From Azolla caroliniana (lineage: Eukaryota > Plantae > Polypodiophyta), in contig JBHGNT010000007.1 of assembly GCA_043228905.1 (NCBI GenBank), forward strand, positions 10,292,001-10,356,000: DNA of 64,000 nt, written 5' to 3'. Position numbers and translations under genes: made by a program. Of this stretch, positions 35,246 to 48,300 are shown one piece after another (position 1 is the first letter of the stretch; every line of letters begins with the position of its first letter). The notes under the pieces were generated by a model that was given only the letters and a program-made list of their open reading frames with translations, ran no database searches and was not told the origin of the DNA.

Positions 35246-36595
35246 TTCCTGCTCTTCTGCCGCCTCTTTCACGTCGGGTTCACCAAGATGTCGCGATATT
35301 ACGCAAGTGCGTATAGAAACGAGGCGGGACCGCGGGGGTCTTGAACCGAAGAGCAAGCGAGGGTGGAGAAAGAGAGAGGACCGGTTACGCAGGACCGGGG
35401 ATACACAGGGACACGGCCCTTCAACACAGAGAACGCGAATAGACGCCGACACAGGTAGACGCAAACAAACGAATATATATATATATATATGTGAGCAAAT
35501 ATCTGATCAAGAAGCTACAACGCGCGATGGGGCACAGGATGGTTACAACCGAACAGGCCGGCGAACAGATGCCGATGCCTGTTCGCTGCGTCGCACAAAA
35601 GGGAGCAGGTCGGAGGTGCTGCCGGAAGCACTCGGGCGTTCCTCGAAACAGCGCGAGCCTCCTCGAAAACCTCCACAGGAAAGCTATGGAGAAAAAGGGA
35701 AGGAGAACAGAGAGCGAAGCGTCCAGAATCGGTCCGCCCCCCCACTTCGTCCTCTCCGCGCTCTCCCCTTTCTTTTTCCCCGTCCTCCTCCTTTTCTCGG
35801 TCAAGAAGGAGCCGTTCGGCATTAAATTCCCACCTACCGTATCTAACCACTTCGATCCTCCTAGGTACTTAATTCGCCTCTATGTACAACTTGGCGCGCA
35901 CGTGCGTGAAGAGCCGGTTCCCACGCCTTGGTGCCCCAATTCCACCCTTGGACGGTTTTCTTCACGACACCGTTCTCCTCCATGTGGATCTTCATCAACA
36001 CGAACTCTTGATCTTCTACTCTCTCCCGGATCCAGTGGTACCTCTGATGGTTATGTTTCATTCGGGAATGGTAGGCCGTGTTCTCTACAAGGTGGATGGC
36101 ACTTTGACTGTCGCAATAGAGCCGATATTCCTCCTATTGGATCCCTAGCTCTCCGATGAAGTCCTTCATCCAGATTATCTCCTTGCTGGCTTCCACAGCT
36201 GCCATGTACTCCGCCTCCGTGGTTAACAACGGAACCATCTTCTGCAGCCTCAATTGCCACGAAATAGCTCCCCTTGCATAAGCCATGACATATCGAGATG
36301 TAGACCAGCTGGTATCCGCATCGGCTACATATCTGAATACATGAATCCGTCAACTTGGGGATTACCGGAGCCGAACCGGAGGCAAATACTCGAGGTGCCT
36401 TTCAAATACCGGAGTATCCACTTGACCGCGTTCCTGTGCTCTCTTCCGGGATTGCTCATGAACCGGCTCACCACTTCGACAGCATATCCGATTCTAGAGA
36501 ATAGCGCGGAATATCGCTCACCCACAACTGAGTCTTGAATTACAGAAATGGGAATGAACGAGAGAGTACATAGAAATGACACGGGATGTTTAGGT

Positions 36596-39500
36596 TGTCG
36601 TAGTGTAATTCGCACACTACGTGAAAAATTACATTTTTGGTTTCTCCGGATAGGATATGGAGTACCCAGTGAGAACCGGAAGGAAGAACCGGTGAGGACC
36701 AAAACCGGTAAGGAGAACGGCAAGAGCCGGATGAAAAAGGTCGGTGAGAATCGGTGAGAAACGGACGAAGAGGACCGGTAAGGAGGATCCGGTAAGAACC
36801 GGATAAAGAAAACCGGCGAGAACCGGATGAAGCAGAACCGGCAAGAGCCGGATGAAGAAGGCCGGTGAGAGTCTCTCACCAGATGAAAAGACATATTTGT
36901 AAATAGAAGAAAGTATAAAATTATATATTACATGCATAGGGCAAGATTCGAACCTTGCACCTCCATGTTAATAATGTTAAGCCTTATCATTATACTAGCG
37001 TATTATGAATTTTAAAGTTATACTAAACTTTATCCCATGTAAATATTCTAGACATGCATGGTACAAAAAGTTTATCCCATGTAAATATTCTAGACGTGCA
37101 TGGTACAAAAAGTTATTCATGCATAGACACTCGAGTTAAAAGAAAAGATGAGATAGAAAGCTAATCATGCACATGCAGTGTGCATGAAAACTAAAGATAG
37201 GAAAAGCATGATGCTTGCATGTGATAAACTTAGACTCTTCCAACACTATATAAGGAAGAGAGAAAAGATGTATAGTTTTTGTTGATTATTTTACAACGGG
37301 ATTAATATAATATAATCGTGGGATCCACGAGTTTGCTAACTATTTTTCTCTCTTAATTTGAGTACTCGCTAATACACTATACTCCTAGGATTCACGAGTT
37401 TTTCATATCTTTCTTTCTTACAATATATTTCATATTCTTAATTGCCTCAGAATTTTCTTTCCTCCTAGTCCAAAACCCCAGCGGTTCCCACCCAACTCAC
37501 GCAATGATCCGGAGCCGAAAGGCACGACACAAGTGGTGAACCCGACGTGAATACGGGTGGCAAGGAGATGGAGAATCAACAAGCTAACAATATGATGGCG
37601 ATGTTCGAGCGGATGCTACAAGAACAACGTGCGATGTTGGAGATTTCGACAGCAGTAGAGCGGCTCGTTCAACGCAACGGGCAATTCAACGGTAAGGATG
37701 TGTCGCGATATTTGCAGGACTACAAGGCAGAGATGCTCCAGTGCCGGATTTCGGAAGGACTGCAAGTGACATCCTTGAACCGGGTGGCAACCGACGGGCT
37801 TCAAGGGAGTATCCACGGGTTACAACAGCAAAATTCGACGTGGGAAGCATTTGATGAAGCATTTTAAAGACCACGTTCGCCATCGAGGACTCCTCCAAGG
37901 CAACACGGAGGGGATTCGAAGATTGGGTGGAAACACCAGGTAAGGGGTTGAAGGTCCTTGAAGTGTTTTCAGCATTCAAAAGTCGGTTTGGGAGGTTGTC
38001 TACGAGAGATCAAGCTATCCTCGCACCGGACAAAGTTATCATGTTCTTACGAGCCGTAGATGTCAGGGACCGGAAGGATCTTGGAGTGCTTCTAGAGGAC
38101 ACCACTACCGAGAGTGGCCTCACCGAAACATGGGAAAGCGTGCGGGATATTGTCGCGCGATACACAAAGAGGGGGCAATGGCTTGCCAACAAAGAAAAGA
38201 GGGTTTCGGAACCGATTCCGAAACCGAGATCCGGATCGGAAGACCATCAACCGCGGGCTCGGGAAGCTACGACTGAGAAGGGAATCGACACAACTACGGT
38301 GGAGCAGTTGCTGAAGGAGATGGAGAATCTAAAAATCGCGATGGTGAAGAAGTTGGATGACCGTCCCACAAGTCTTCATATTCCACCATTTTCGCCTTGC
38401 CTTTGTCCATCTTCGGGCTAGGCCATGATGTGCTTTGATCTCTCAAAGGCTCTTGTGGTCTGCTCAGTCGGGTCGTGATCGGACTTTCTTCAATCATGCG
38501 CATAGGGCGATCTTCATCCCCGATCTCTTGGTCGGCAGATTCCGGGTCGAGCGGAGTCGGAGTCGGAGTTGTCTCTGGTGCATACCAGGATGCGGACTTG
38601 TCAAAGACGACGTCTCGACTTACCCGAGATTTTCGAGTTGAGGGGTTGTAGCACTTGTACCCCTTTTGCTCTAGTGAGTATCCTACGAGGATACATTTCT
38701 CCGACTTCGGGTCAAGTTTTTGACGCTTCTCGTCGGGGATGTGCACGTATGCAATGGAGCCGAATATCTGAACATGTGATAGGTTCGGCTTCTTTCCGAA
38801 GAATCTTTCGTGCGGAGTGACCTCGTGCACGCCGGATGTTGTACACCGGTTCATTAGGTAGACGGTCGTATTTGTTGCTTCGGCCCAATATGACTTGAGC
38901 ATATGCTTCTCGTTCATCATGGACCGCGCTACTTCGAGGATGTGCCGATTTTTGCGCTCGGCTACTCTGTTTTGTTGCGGAGTGTGTCGGCAAGTGAATT
39001 CTCGCCGAATTCCTTCCTTTCGGAGATACGTCGTGAAATTGTCCGAGAAGTACTCCTTGCCACCATCCGATCGAAGGCATCGTACATGTCGGCTTGTGGC
39101 TTTCTCGACTTCATTCTTGAAATTTTGGAAGTGTCCGAACACTTCGCTCTTTTGCCGCATTGGGTAGATCCAAGTGTGCCTCGAAAAGTCGTCGATGAAT
39201 AGCACGTAATATCGGCATCCGCCGAATGTCGCCGTTTGAGCCGGACCCCATACATCGGAATGAATTACGTCGAGTACGCCTTTGCTCACATTCCGCTCTT
39301 TCAGAAATGGGTGTCGGTGTTGCTAGCCGAATTGGCACACTTTGCATACACCTTCAATCTCCTTCTCTTTGAATGTCGGGAGTCCGATGACAACTCCTTT
39401 TGATTTCATTGCTTTGAGTTTGTTGAGATTGATGTGGCCGATTCGCTTTTGCCATAGCTCTATGTCGGAGTCGGCTTTCGTGCTTTTCGCAAACATGGCG

Positions 39501-42500
39501 GATTTCATCTCGTGCAAATCGAGAATGAACATCCGGCCCTCTCTTCTTCCGCGTGCGATGATTCGGCCTTCTTTTTCGATGAAGCACCCTTCTTGGTCGA
39601 ATCGTACTTGCATCCCTTGCTCAACCATTTGGCCAACCGAGACCAAATTCTTTGTGATGGTGGGTACATGCAAGACATTTTTAATGTATGTTTGCTTACC
39701 TCTTTCGTCGAACGGAACATTGTCGATGTGCCGAATCGGGTGCGTAGTGTCATCTCTAGTTTTGACATAACCGGGTCGCTCCGGCTCTCGAAGTTCGAGA
39801 AACCATTCTTTGTGGGATGTCATATAGTTTGAGGCTCCAGAGTCAACAAACCATACGTCCTCCGGATTGAGGGCACTAGTTGAGGTAGAGGCCGACATAG
39901 ACTTTGCTCTATGTTTCATCGTGAACATTCCGCCACGGTTGGAGTTGTATGCGTACATTCCGTCACGATCCTCGTAGTCGTAGTTGTGCCCGTACATTCC
40001 GCTATACTCTTCGTAGTCAGAATTTTGCGCGTAATTCGTGAGTTGTCGGCTTGTGGAAGCCGATTCACGCATCTTCTTTCGGCACTCTTCTTCGTGGTGG
40101 CCGAGCTTTCCGCAATATCCGCATTCGATTGCGTTTTGACGGCTCGGGCCGGAGTGGAAGCTCCCCCTTCTTGCGAAGGTTCCTCGTTCGCCTCCGTTTT
40201 GTGGCCGAAATTGGGAGTTGTTGTCGTAGGTCGAACCTCGTCCGCCTTGTCCTTGGCCGAATCGGCCTCTCGCTCGTCCACGTCCTCTTCCTCCATTAGA
40301 GTGTGTGTAGAGCATGTGGCCTTCCAACTCATTGCTCCTTGTACGCACGTGGTTTTCTTCAACTAATAGCATTTATTGGAGCTCGTAGAAGGAGGGAGAT
40401 TTCTCCCGTGCTAGAACGGCGGTTCGCATCACGCCGAACCGTGGTGCGAGGCCGCCGAGGCATATTTGCACCATCTCATCATCATCTATACTTACACTTA
40501 TTGAGCCGAGTGAGTCACAAAGCTCCTTGATCTTCAAGGTGTATGTCGTGATAGACATATCCCTTTGTTGAATGTTGTTCAACTCTTGGCAGAGTTGAAG
40601 CTTCCTCGCGGTCGTGTTGGTGGCGAAAATCTTTCGTAGGTTTTCCCACGCTTCCTTCGGCGTCTTGGCTTCTCAAATGTAACCGAGCATGTGTTCATGA
40701 ACACATGTCGCCAAACAATACATCACGCGGCTTGCGGCTTGCTCCCATGTTGCGTATCCGGGAGCCGCTTCGGCGGGTCGGTCTTCATGCGCTCCTTTGA
40801 TGTAGCTCCAATAGCCTTGTCCGACAAGGTATTGGTGCATCTTGTACTCCCAAGATGCGAAGTTGTTTCGATCCAACTTCTCGATGGGGAGAGCGCTCCC
40901 CATTTGAGTATTCATTATGTCGATTCTTCTTCTTCTTCTTCTTCTTCTCTCTTGAATGCGAGCTATGTAGCGAAGCTACGATAGCAATGAGCCGGTTCTT
41001 GGTCGTCGGCGTGGAGCGCAACACACGATCACGATGAGGCGAATGGGCTAGATCGAGCTACCCAATCGCTCTGATACCATGTAAAGAATCAAGAGATGGA
41101 TTTTTGTGATGCGGAAGAGATATGAGTTATGTGTGTGTGTAAGAGAGAGAGTGAGAGAGAGTGAGAGAGAGTGAAACACAGAGAATACGCAAGGTTAAAA
41201 GTATATTAACAAAGGAGAAAGACTCAACATTATACAAGATGGGAGGAGGGTGCTTTATGTAGTCACCCTCTCTCTTCATTAACTACAAGGCTCATGGAGC
41301 ATGGGGAATGTGAAAGCTCATAAGTTATGTGTCATAGAATATGATTCTATGACTCATACTAAATGCTAGAATACAAAGTGGTGACATAATGGTGACTCTT
41401 GACCGTTGGAGTGTCTCTTCACTCTCAAGGTGAGTTCACACACTAGACCAAGTTGAGCTTGATTCTCAACAACTGACAACGGCATACAATCCGGAAGCCA
41501 ACGGGAAGATCACACGAGGACATAGTCCGATTGTCAAAGCACTTGCGAAGGCATGCGATGGAAGGGTGAAGGATTGGCCGCAGATGCTTCCGTATGCACT
41601 ATGGGCGGATCGGACGACGCATAGCTCTGTAACCGGTTACATGCCGGCAGAACTCATGACCGGACAAGCACTAGTAATGCCAACAGAAACCGCAATCACG
41701 ACATGGACAGTGCTACCGTGGAAGGAAGAGATGAGCCGGGAAGAATTACTAGCGGTCCGGATACGACAACTAGAGGGAAGACCGGAAGACATAGCGGAAG
41801 CAATACGCCGACAACAAAGCGCCGACTACGACCGTGGAAGATTGAAGAAGGAGATTGGGTGATTGTCTACGACAGTAGTTTGGATCATCAACATACAACG
41901 ATGCGGAAGTTCGCGAAAAGGTGGTTCGGGCCATACGAGGTTCGGAAAGTTTTCGACAACGGAACTTACCGACTATGCGAGTTGGATGGAATGATGCTAC
42001 GAGTGCCTATAGCCAGGAAACGGGTGAAAATTTTCAAGAAGCGGACTGAAGAAGAACCCTATGTGATCCTAGACAAGACCGACAAGAAGGAGCAATCGGA
42101 CGAAGATCGTGGTGATGCGGAAAGCGAGGAAAGTGGATTACAACTCATAGTCGACTTAAGGGGAGAATTGGAGGAAGCTTCGGATGAAGGTGAATAGCAA
42201 GCATCGAGGATTTCGGCACATACCGGAGGATGTGCGGGTTTGGAGGGGGCGAGTGTCGTAGTGTAATTCGCACACTATGTGAAAAATTACATTTTTGGTT
42301 TCTCCGGATAGGATATGGAGTACCCAGTGAGAACCGGAAGGAAGAACCGGTGAGGACCGAAACCGGTAAGGAGACCTGCAAGAGCCGGATGAAAAAGGCC
42401 AGTGAGAATCGGTGAGAAACGGACGAAGAGGACCGGTAAGGAGGATCCGGTAAGAACCGGATAAAGAAAATCGGCGAGAACCGGATGAAGCAGAACCAGC

Positions 42501-43200
42501 AAGAGCCGGATGAAGAAGGCCGGTGAGAGTCTCTCACCAGATGAAAAGACATATTTGTAAATAGAAGAAAGTATAAAATTATATATTACATGCATAGGGC
42601 AAGATTTGAACCTTGCACCTCCATGTTAATAATGTTAAGCCTTATCATTATACTAGCGTATTATGAATTTTAAAGTTATACTAAACTTTATCCCATGTAA
42701 ATATTCTAGACATGCATGGTACAAAAAGTTTACCCCATGTAAATATTCTAGACGTGCATGGTACAAAAAGTTATTCATGCATAGACACTCGAGTTAAAAG
42801 AAAAGATGAGATAGAAAGCTAATCATGCACATGCAGTGTGCATGAAAACTAAAGATAGGAAAAGCATGACGCTTGCATGTGATAAACTTAGACTCTTCCA
42901 ACACTATATAAGGAAGAGAGAAAAGATGTATAGTTTTTGTTGATTATTTTACTACGGGATTAATATAATATAATCGTGGGATCCACGAGTTTGCTAACTA
43001 TTTTTCTCTCTTAATTTGAGTACTCACTAATACACTATACTCCTAGGATTCACGAGTTTTTCATATCTTTCCTTCATACAATATATTTCATATTCTTAAT
43101 TGCCTTAGAATTTTCTTTCCTCCTAGTCCAAAACCCCAGCAGTTCCCACCCGACTCACGCAACGATCCGGAGCCGAAAGGCACGACACAAGTGGTGAACC
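36596..43200 (+). mobile_element. Internally deleted gypsy element of the Trp-PBS lineage; 934-bp LTRs 36596-37529 and 42254-43187, inside a copia C LTR
   Basis: PBS tggtgaacccgacgtgaa at ~37534, gag remnant 37547-38370, INT end 41472-42197, and PPT ggagggggcgag. No TSD. Confidence 0.9.
38371..41471 (-). mobile_element. 3'-truncated copia element (5' LTR 41080-41471, tRNA-iMet PBS, gag-PR-INT)
   Basis: PBS tggtatcagagc at 41079-41068, plus NFASWEYKM, CCHC, WFVDSGASN and HSDVWGP...DGGKEY. Confidence 0.92.
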
Positions 43201-44761
43201 CTAATAGGGAAAAAACCACGGGAGCCCTTGGACTCCAACTATCATTATATGAGAGGAAATACAAAGTGGAGGCACAGAGGCAAAGACCTCGTGTTCGCGA
43301 TCTTCGCCAAATGGCGGTTACAACAGAGAGTGCTCGTAGCTACTCACTCGCTCTCTCTATCTCTCTTTGTACAACAATATGACAATAACAACGACCTTAC
43401 AAAGTGATTGCCCTAAGTCATATTTATACTTATATGAACTTAGGACTATTTACAAATATAACCTCAATAGGCTTGCTGAAAACATATTTACAGATATGTC
43501 TTCTCTTCCAGTTCTCACCGGGTCTCCTCCGGTTTTCGGATCTCTTCTGGTTCTCACCAGATCCTCTTTATTCATCACCGGATCCCATCCGAAGAGACCG
43601 ATTTCCCAACAATCTCCCCCTTCACTCTGGCATGGGATGTCTCGTTAGCCCAATCCGCTTTCGGCACGCGTCCAGCTTGTCGGTTGTCAGCACCTTGGTC
43701 AACATGTCTGACCCATTCTCCTCAGTGTGGATCTTCGTCAACACGAACTCTTGATCTTCTACTCTCTCCCAGATCCAGTGGTACCTCCGCTGGATATGTT
43801 TTGTCCGGGAATGGTAGGTCGTGTTCTTTGCAAGGTGGATGGCGCTTTGACTATCGCAGTAGAGCCAGTATTCCTCCTGTTGGATCCCTCGCTCTCCAAT
43901 GAAGTCCTTCATCCAGATTATCTCCTTGCCGGCTTCTACAGCTGCCATGTTCTCCGCCTCTATGGTTGACAATGTAACCGTCTTCTGCAGCCTCAACTGC
44001 TAGGAAATAGCTCCCCCTACATAGGTCATGACATATCCGGATGTAGACCGGCTGGTATCTACATCAGCTGACATATCTGAATCCGTGAATCCGTCAAGTT
44101 GGGGATTACCGGAGCCGAACCGGAGGCACATACTCGTGGTGCCCTTCAAATACCAGAGTATCCACTTCACCGCGTTCCACTGATCTCTTCCGGGATTGCT
44201 CATGAAACGGCTTATCACTCCGACTGCATATCCGATATCCGTCCGGGTACATACCATCGCATACATCAACCTTCCGACGGCAGAGGCATATGGAATATTC
44301 ATCATATCCTTCTTGTCCGCCTTTGTCCTCGGGCTTTGTTTTCTGAATAGCTTGCAGTTTCGCATCTGACATGTTGAACCATTGAAGCACCTTTGTCACG
44401 TACTTCTCCTGCGACAACCACAACAACTTCTTCGATCGGTCTCGGATGATGCGCATTCCCAATATCTATCTTGCCGGACCCAAGTCTTTCATTGAGAAGG
44501 TCCAGTTCAGATCCTTCTTCAGCATCCAAATCTTGCCTTGGTCTCGTCCAACGATCAACATATCATCCACATATAGGAGGAGTATCAAGAAATCTCCTCC
44601 ATCAAATTTCTTCACAAACACACAGTGATCGGTTAGTCATAAAGGAGTCAAACTTCCGGTACCATTGCCGAGGGGCTTGCTTCAGTCCGTATAGGCTCTT
44701 CTTCAACCGGCACACCAAGTGCTCCTTCCCTTTCCTCTCAAATCCTTCCGGTTGATGCATG
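43200..44761 (-). mobile_element. Copia family C LTR remainder (to 43611), PPT, RH-RT
   Basis: TGTTGGGAAAT LTR start, PPT gaagggggagat, and RT/RH ORFs 43622..44365. Confidence 0.88.
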
Positions 44762-45315
44762 TGTGAATGTTAATGTGTGGAAGCGTCAGACAAAACCGGC
44801 TCAGCTGGATAGCAACAGAAAAAGAGATGAAGGTTTAATGGAAAAGCTTTAAAAACACAGAGGAGACAAAGAGAGCAGAACATAAACCTATATTCAAAAG
44901 TTAACTCCAAAACTTTGTACATACAACATGCTACACAACACTATTTATACAAGTCCATAACAGAAGTACTGACAGGTACTTCAATGCTCACATGTGCGAC
45001 TGACACTAACTACGAGACAATGATTACCTAGTAGTCTAGGCTACTACTAGGCTTCTGGTTCCCGCTCGAATCCGGCTCTCCGATCCGGCTCCCCGATCCG
45101 GGTGGTTGTTTCCGAATACCATCTGGATACTGATCTGGCTCATCCTTCCGGATGTTGATCCGGCTTAGGCTTATTCAGCCAATCCGGATTCGGTTGAGCT
45201 TGCTCGCTCAACACTCCCCCTCAAGCTCAACTTGAGGTCGGATTGTGGTGTTAGTGTCCGCGGTAGCCGGTTCTTCTACCCGGTTCCTTCTGGCGTTGCT
45301 CCGCCTCGCTCGCGT

Positions 45316-48300
45316 TATCGTGTCTTTTGGCTCCGGATCTTTGTGTGAGTCAGGTGGGAGCCACTACTAAGGTTTTGGACTAGGAGAAAGAAGAATATGA
45401 GATAAGGCTAGTAATGAATTGGTAAAAAGAGAGGTAAGTTATGAATCTCGTGAATCCCACGAGTTTAGTGTATTTAATCAATATTTAGATAGTAAGAGAC
45501 AATTTAGATGACAAATTCGTGAATCCCACGAATATTATATTGGACAATCCTTACAAAATAATCAACAGCCATATACATCTTTCTCTCCTCCTTATATAAA
45601 GATGGGAGAGACTAAGCATAGCTTCCTGCCTTAGCATAGCCACATCCGATATAGTCCAACACCGCATCATCTTGAGTATCAGAAGACAATCCATTTCGAT
45701 CACTACTTTGGCTCCGATCAAATAATCTCGATCCGATTTGATTGCCGACACGACTCCCCATAATTCTCTTTTGACTTGTGCATACCCGCGTTGCCTTTCA
45801 TTGAGAACCTTTGCACCAAATCAGATCGGATATCGCGAACCATCCGAGTCGGCTTGATTGATGACCCATCGGATTCCAGTTGGACTTTTCTCAACCATTA
45901 CTATGATCCATAGGTCATAGCTCGACTTCTTAAGTGAATCGGCCCTCTATAGTGTTTTCTTAAGCTTCTTCATGGCTGTGGTATGTTCCGGTCTCCATTC
46001 GAACTTCTTACCCTTCCGCAAGAGTGGGTCCGCAATATGTGCATAGTGCGGAATCCATATGTGATAGAATGCACATGCTCCAACAAAACCTTCGGACTTG
46101 GGATTGTGACTCGCATACTTGTTTCATAGCTTGAATCGCATCGATCTTGGTTGGTGACGGTCTTCGGCCGTAGGGCCCACATAGATGTCCGACTACCAAT
46201 ATTTCTTCTTGTCCGAATGCCGATTTCTCTCCGGAAAGTGTTAGGTGCACATCTTCTAACTTTCGTAGCACTTTCTCGCAATCGCGAATATGGTCGACTA
46301 CAAACTGTCGATATCCCCGATCATCCATAGTCTCATCTTTTTCTTCCACCGCACATCCTTTCATCGGAATGTCATCTAGGAACGGCATCATTATCTCCAG
46401 AATGCAGTCTCAAAGCACCTTGTTCATTGCATTCATCATATGTGCGACCGAGTTCGTTGTGCGTGATGGTAGTGTGCACATACTAACTAATACTATCGGT
46501 GTTTGCATGGTAGTGATGTCTTGGCTCTCCACGGCTAGTTGGAATTGGTCATACCCGACCAGAGTATAGGTCTCCCATGGAGTATATCGCACGTCCGGCA
46601 AATGCTTCTGCAAATTCGTCCACTATCAGACCGACTCCGGAGTTCCGGATCGTGACCTTGTTCACCGGTTGCAAGTCTTGAATAAACCAGAGTGACCCAT
46701 TCTTCTTCGGAACCGTAAACCATCGATTTGAGTACGGAGCGTTTTATGGCTCTAGAATCCCCATCACCACCTTCTCCTTGAGCAAGCCGATGACTTTCGG
46801 AATATGCGCCCGTGGTACCAGAATCAGCTTCAAGTTTCACAGCACATGATCAATCGTGAAGATCACCATCGGCTCCGCTATCTTCGGATCAACGCACCTT
46901 GTCTACTTCGATGTGAATGCAAATGCTTTTCCATGTTGTTCCAACATCTCATGAAACCGTTCTTCCTCTTTTTGTAAGAGCAAACCACCTCCACCGATCC
47001 GAAGTTTTTCTTGGTCTCATCCCTGAAGGCATGTCCGATATCCAAGGACTTTCGAAGTGTCGGATTTCCTAAGACTTCTTTCCTCTTTTGTTCGCTATCG
47101 GCAGGTAGCGGTCTTGCGGCCAGTTTCACTTTCTTCTCCATGGTCTTGTATTTCGTACTTACCATTGCTTCTTCTTTGCGGAGCGCATCCGGCCCCATTT
47201 TCGCAATGATCTCGTACATCTAGACTGATTCCATCGGAACTACCCGATCTCCCTGGCTATTTTCTTTCGCAAGCTCTTCAAGCCGTTGTAGTGTGCTCCC
47301 ATAGAACACTTCTTCAACTACTCTTACGATTTCTTCGTCTTCTTTTATTATTGATGCCGACCGTAACTTATCCTCTACTTTTCGGTATTCTTTCTTCATT
47401 CCTCCAGTTACGGCCATGTACGTAGATGCCCCATCTGGACCGATTCGTACTTGTTTTGCTTCGAGAGTTTTCTTCCTATGTGGGGTATCAGGGGTTCTTG
47501 GACTATCACTTCCCCACTCCGCAACAGTTCGCTCTAAAAATCCATCTTTGTTTGGGACAAGAGCTCCCTCTTGTTCCTTTCATGATTCGCAGGCACAGTT
47601 AGGAATTGGACGGATTTCCCTCCACCTTGACTCCAAATTCGTGCGAAAGTCGCACCGCTATCGAGCACTTTCGTCTCCATCCGTGATGTCGTGATAAAGG
47701 GTTGCCCAAGGATCACGGAGTGTGAGACCTCATCTTGCACGAAGAAATTTTGGTCTATCTCCACATCTCTAATCTTCACTGTCACATCTGGACAAGTCGC
47801 AAATAGGTCTTCTGTTGCTTTAGTGGCTGCCCGGATCTTCCATCCATGATTAGTGTTAATAGGCCACTTCCCCTTCCGGTAGAACTCCTTGGACATCAAG
47901 TTAATCTCCGATCTGTGATCAATCAATGCTAGCACGGGCTCTTTGATGTTGCCGATTCGGACCGGAGTCTCCGTAGTTACACGTGCCCAATGTGGCCTTG
48001 TGTAGTGGGAGTTCGGAATTTTGTCCTCCAATTCGGTGTCATTCATTAAAACAGTATTTGCATTCACCCTTGGAGCATTTTCCTCCGTACTTTGTCTTTT
48101 TCTCTTCACGAGATCCACAAGAAGTTCGTGGAACTCCTTCTTTGCTATTCCGAGTAATTCCCGAAGCGAAAATTCTACCCGGCTATCGAGGATTCTCTCC
48201 TCGAACACCGTTTTCAAGTCCGTTTGTTGTTCGATGTCCGAGGCGAGCTTGAATGCCAGAATCGTCTTTTCTTTTCCCTTCCCTCCGGACTTCCAGCTTT

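Larger units (their letters stand above)
28886..35969 (-). mobile_element. Young full-length non-chromovirus Ty3/gypsy element, 681-bp LTRs 28886-29566 and 35289-35969, tRNA-Trp PBS
   Basis: About 2 LTR mismatches, 4-bp TSD CCGT, PBS TGGTGAACCCGACGTGAA, and PPT ggtgggggcgga. It has gag-PR (stop at 34967), RT (frameshift near 31965 breaks FLDD) and RH-INT. Confidence 0.95.
28193..36490 (-). mobile_element. Copia family C LTR (to 28780), PPT and RNaseH end, split by a gypsy insertion
   Basis: TGTTGGGAAA LTR start at 28780 and PPT at 28781-28796. RH sequence resumes at 35970 (YHWIRERVED, WILRYLKG). Confidence 0.85.
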
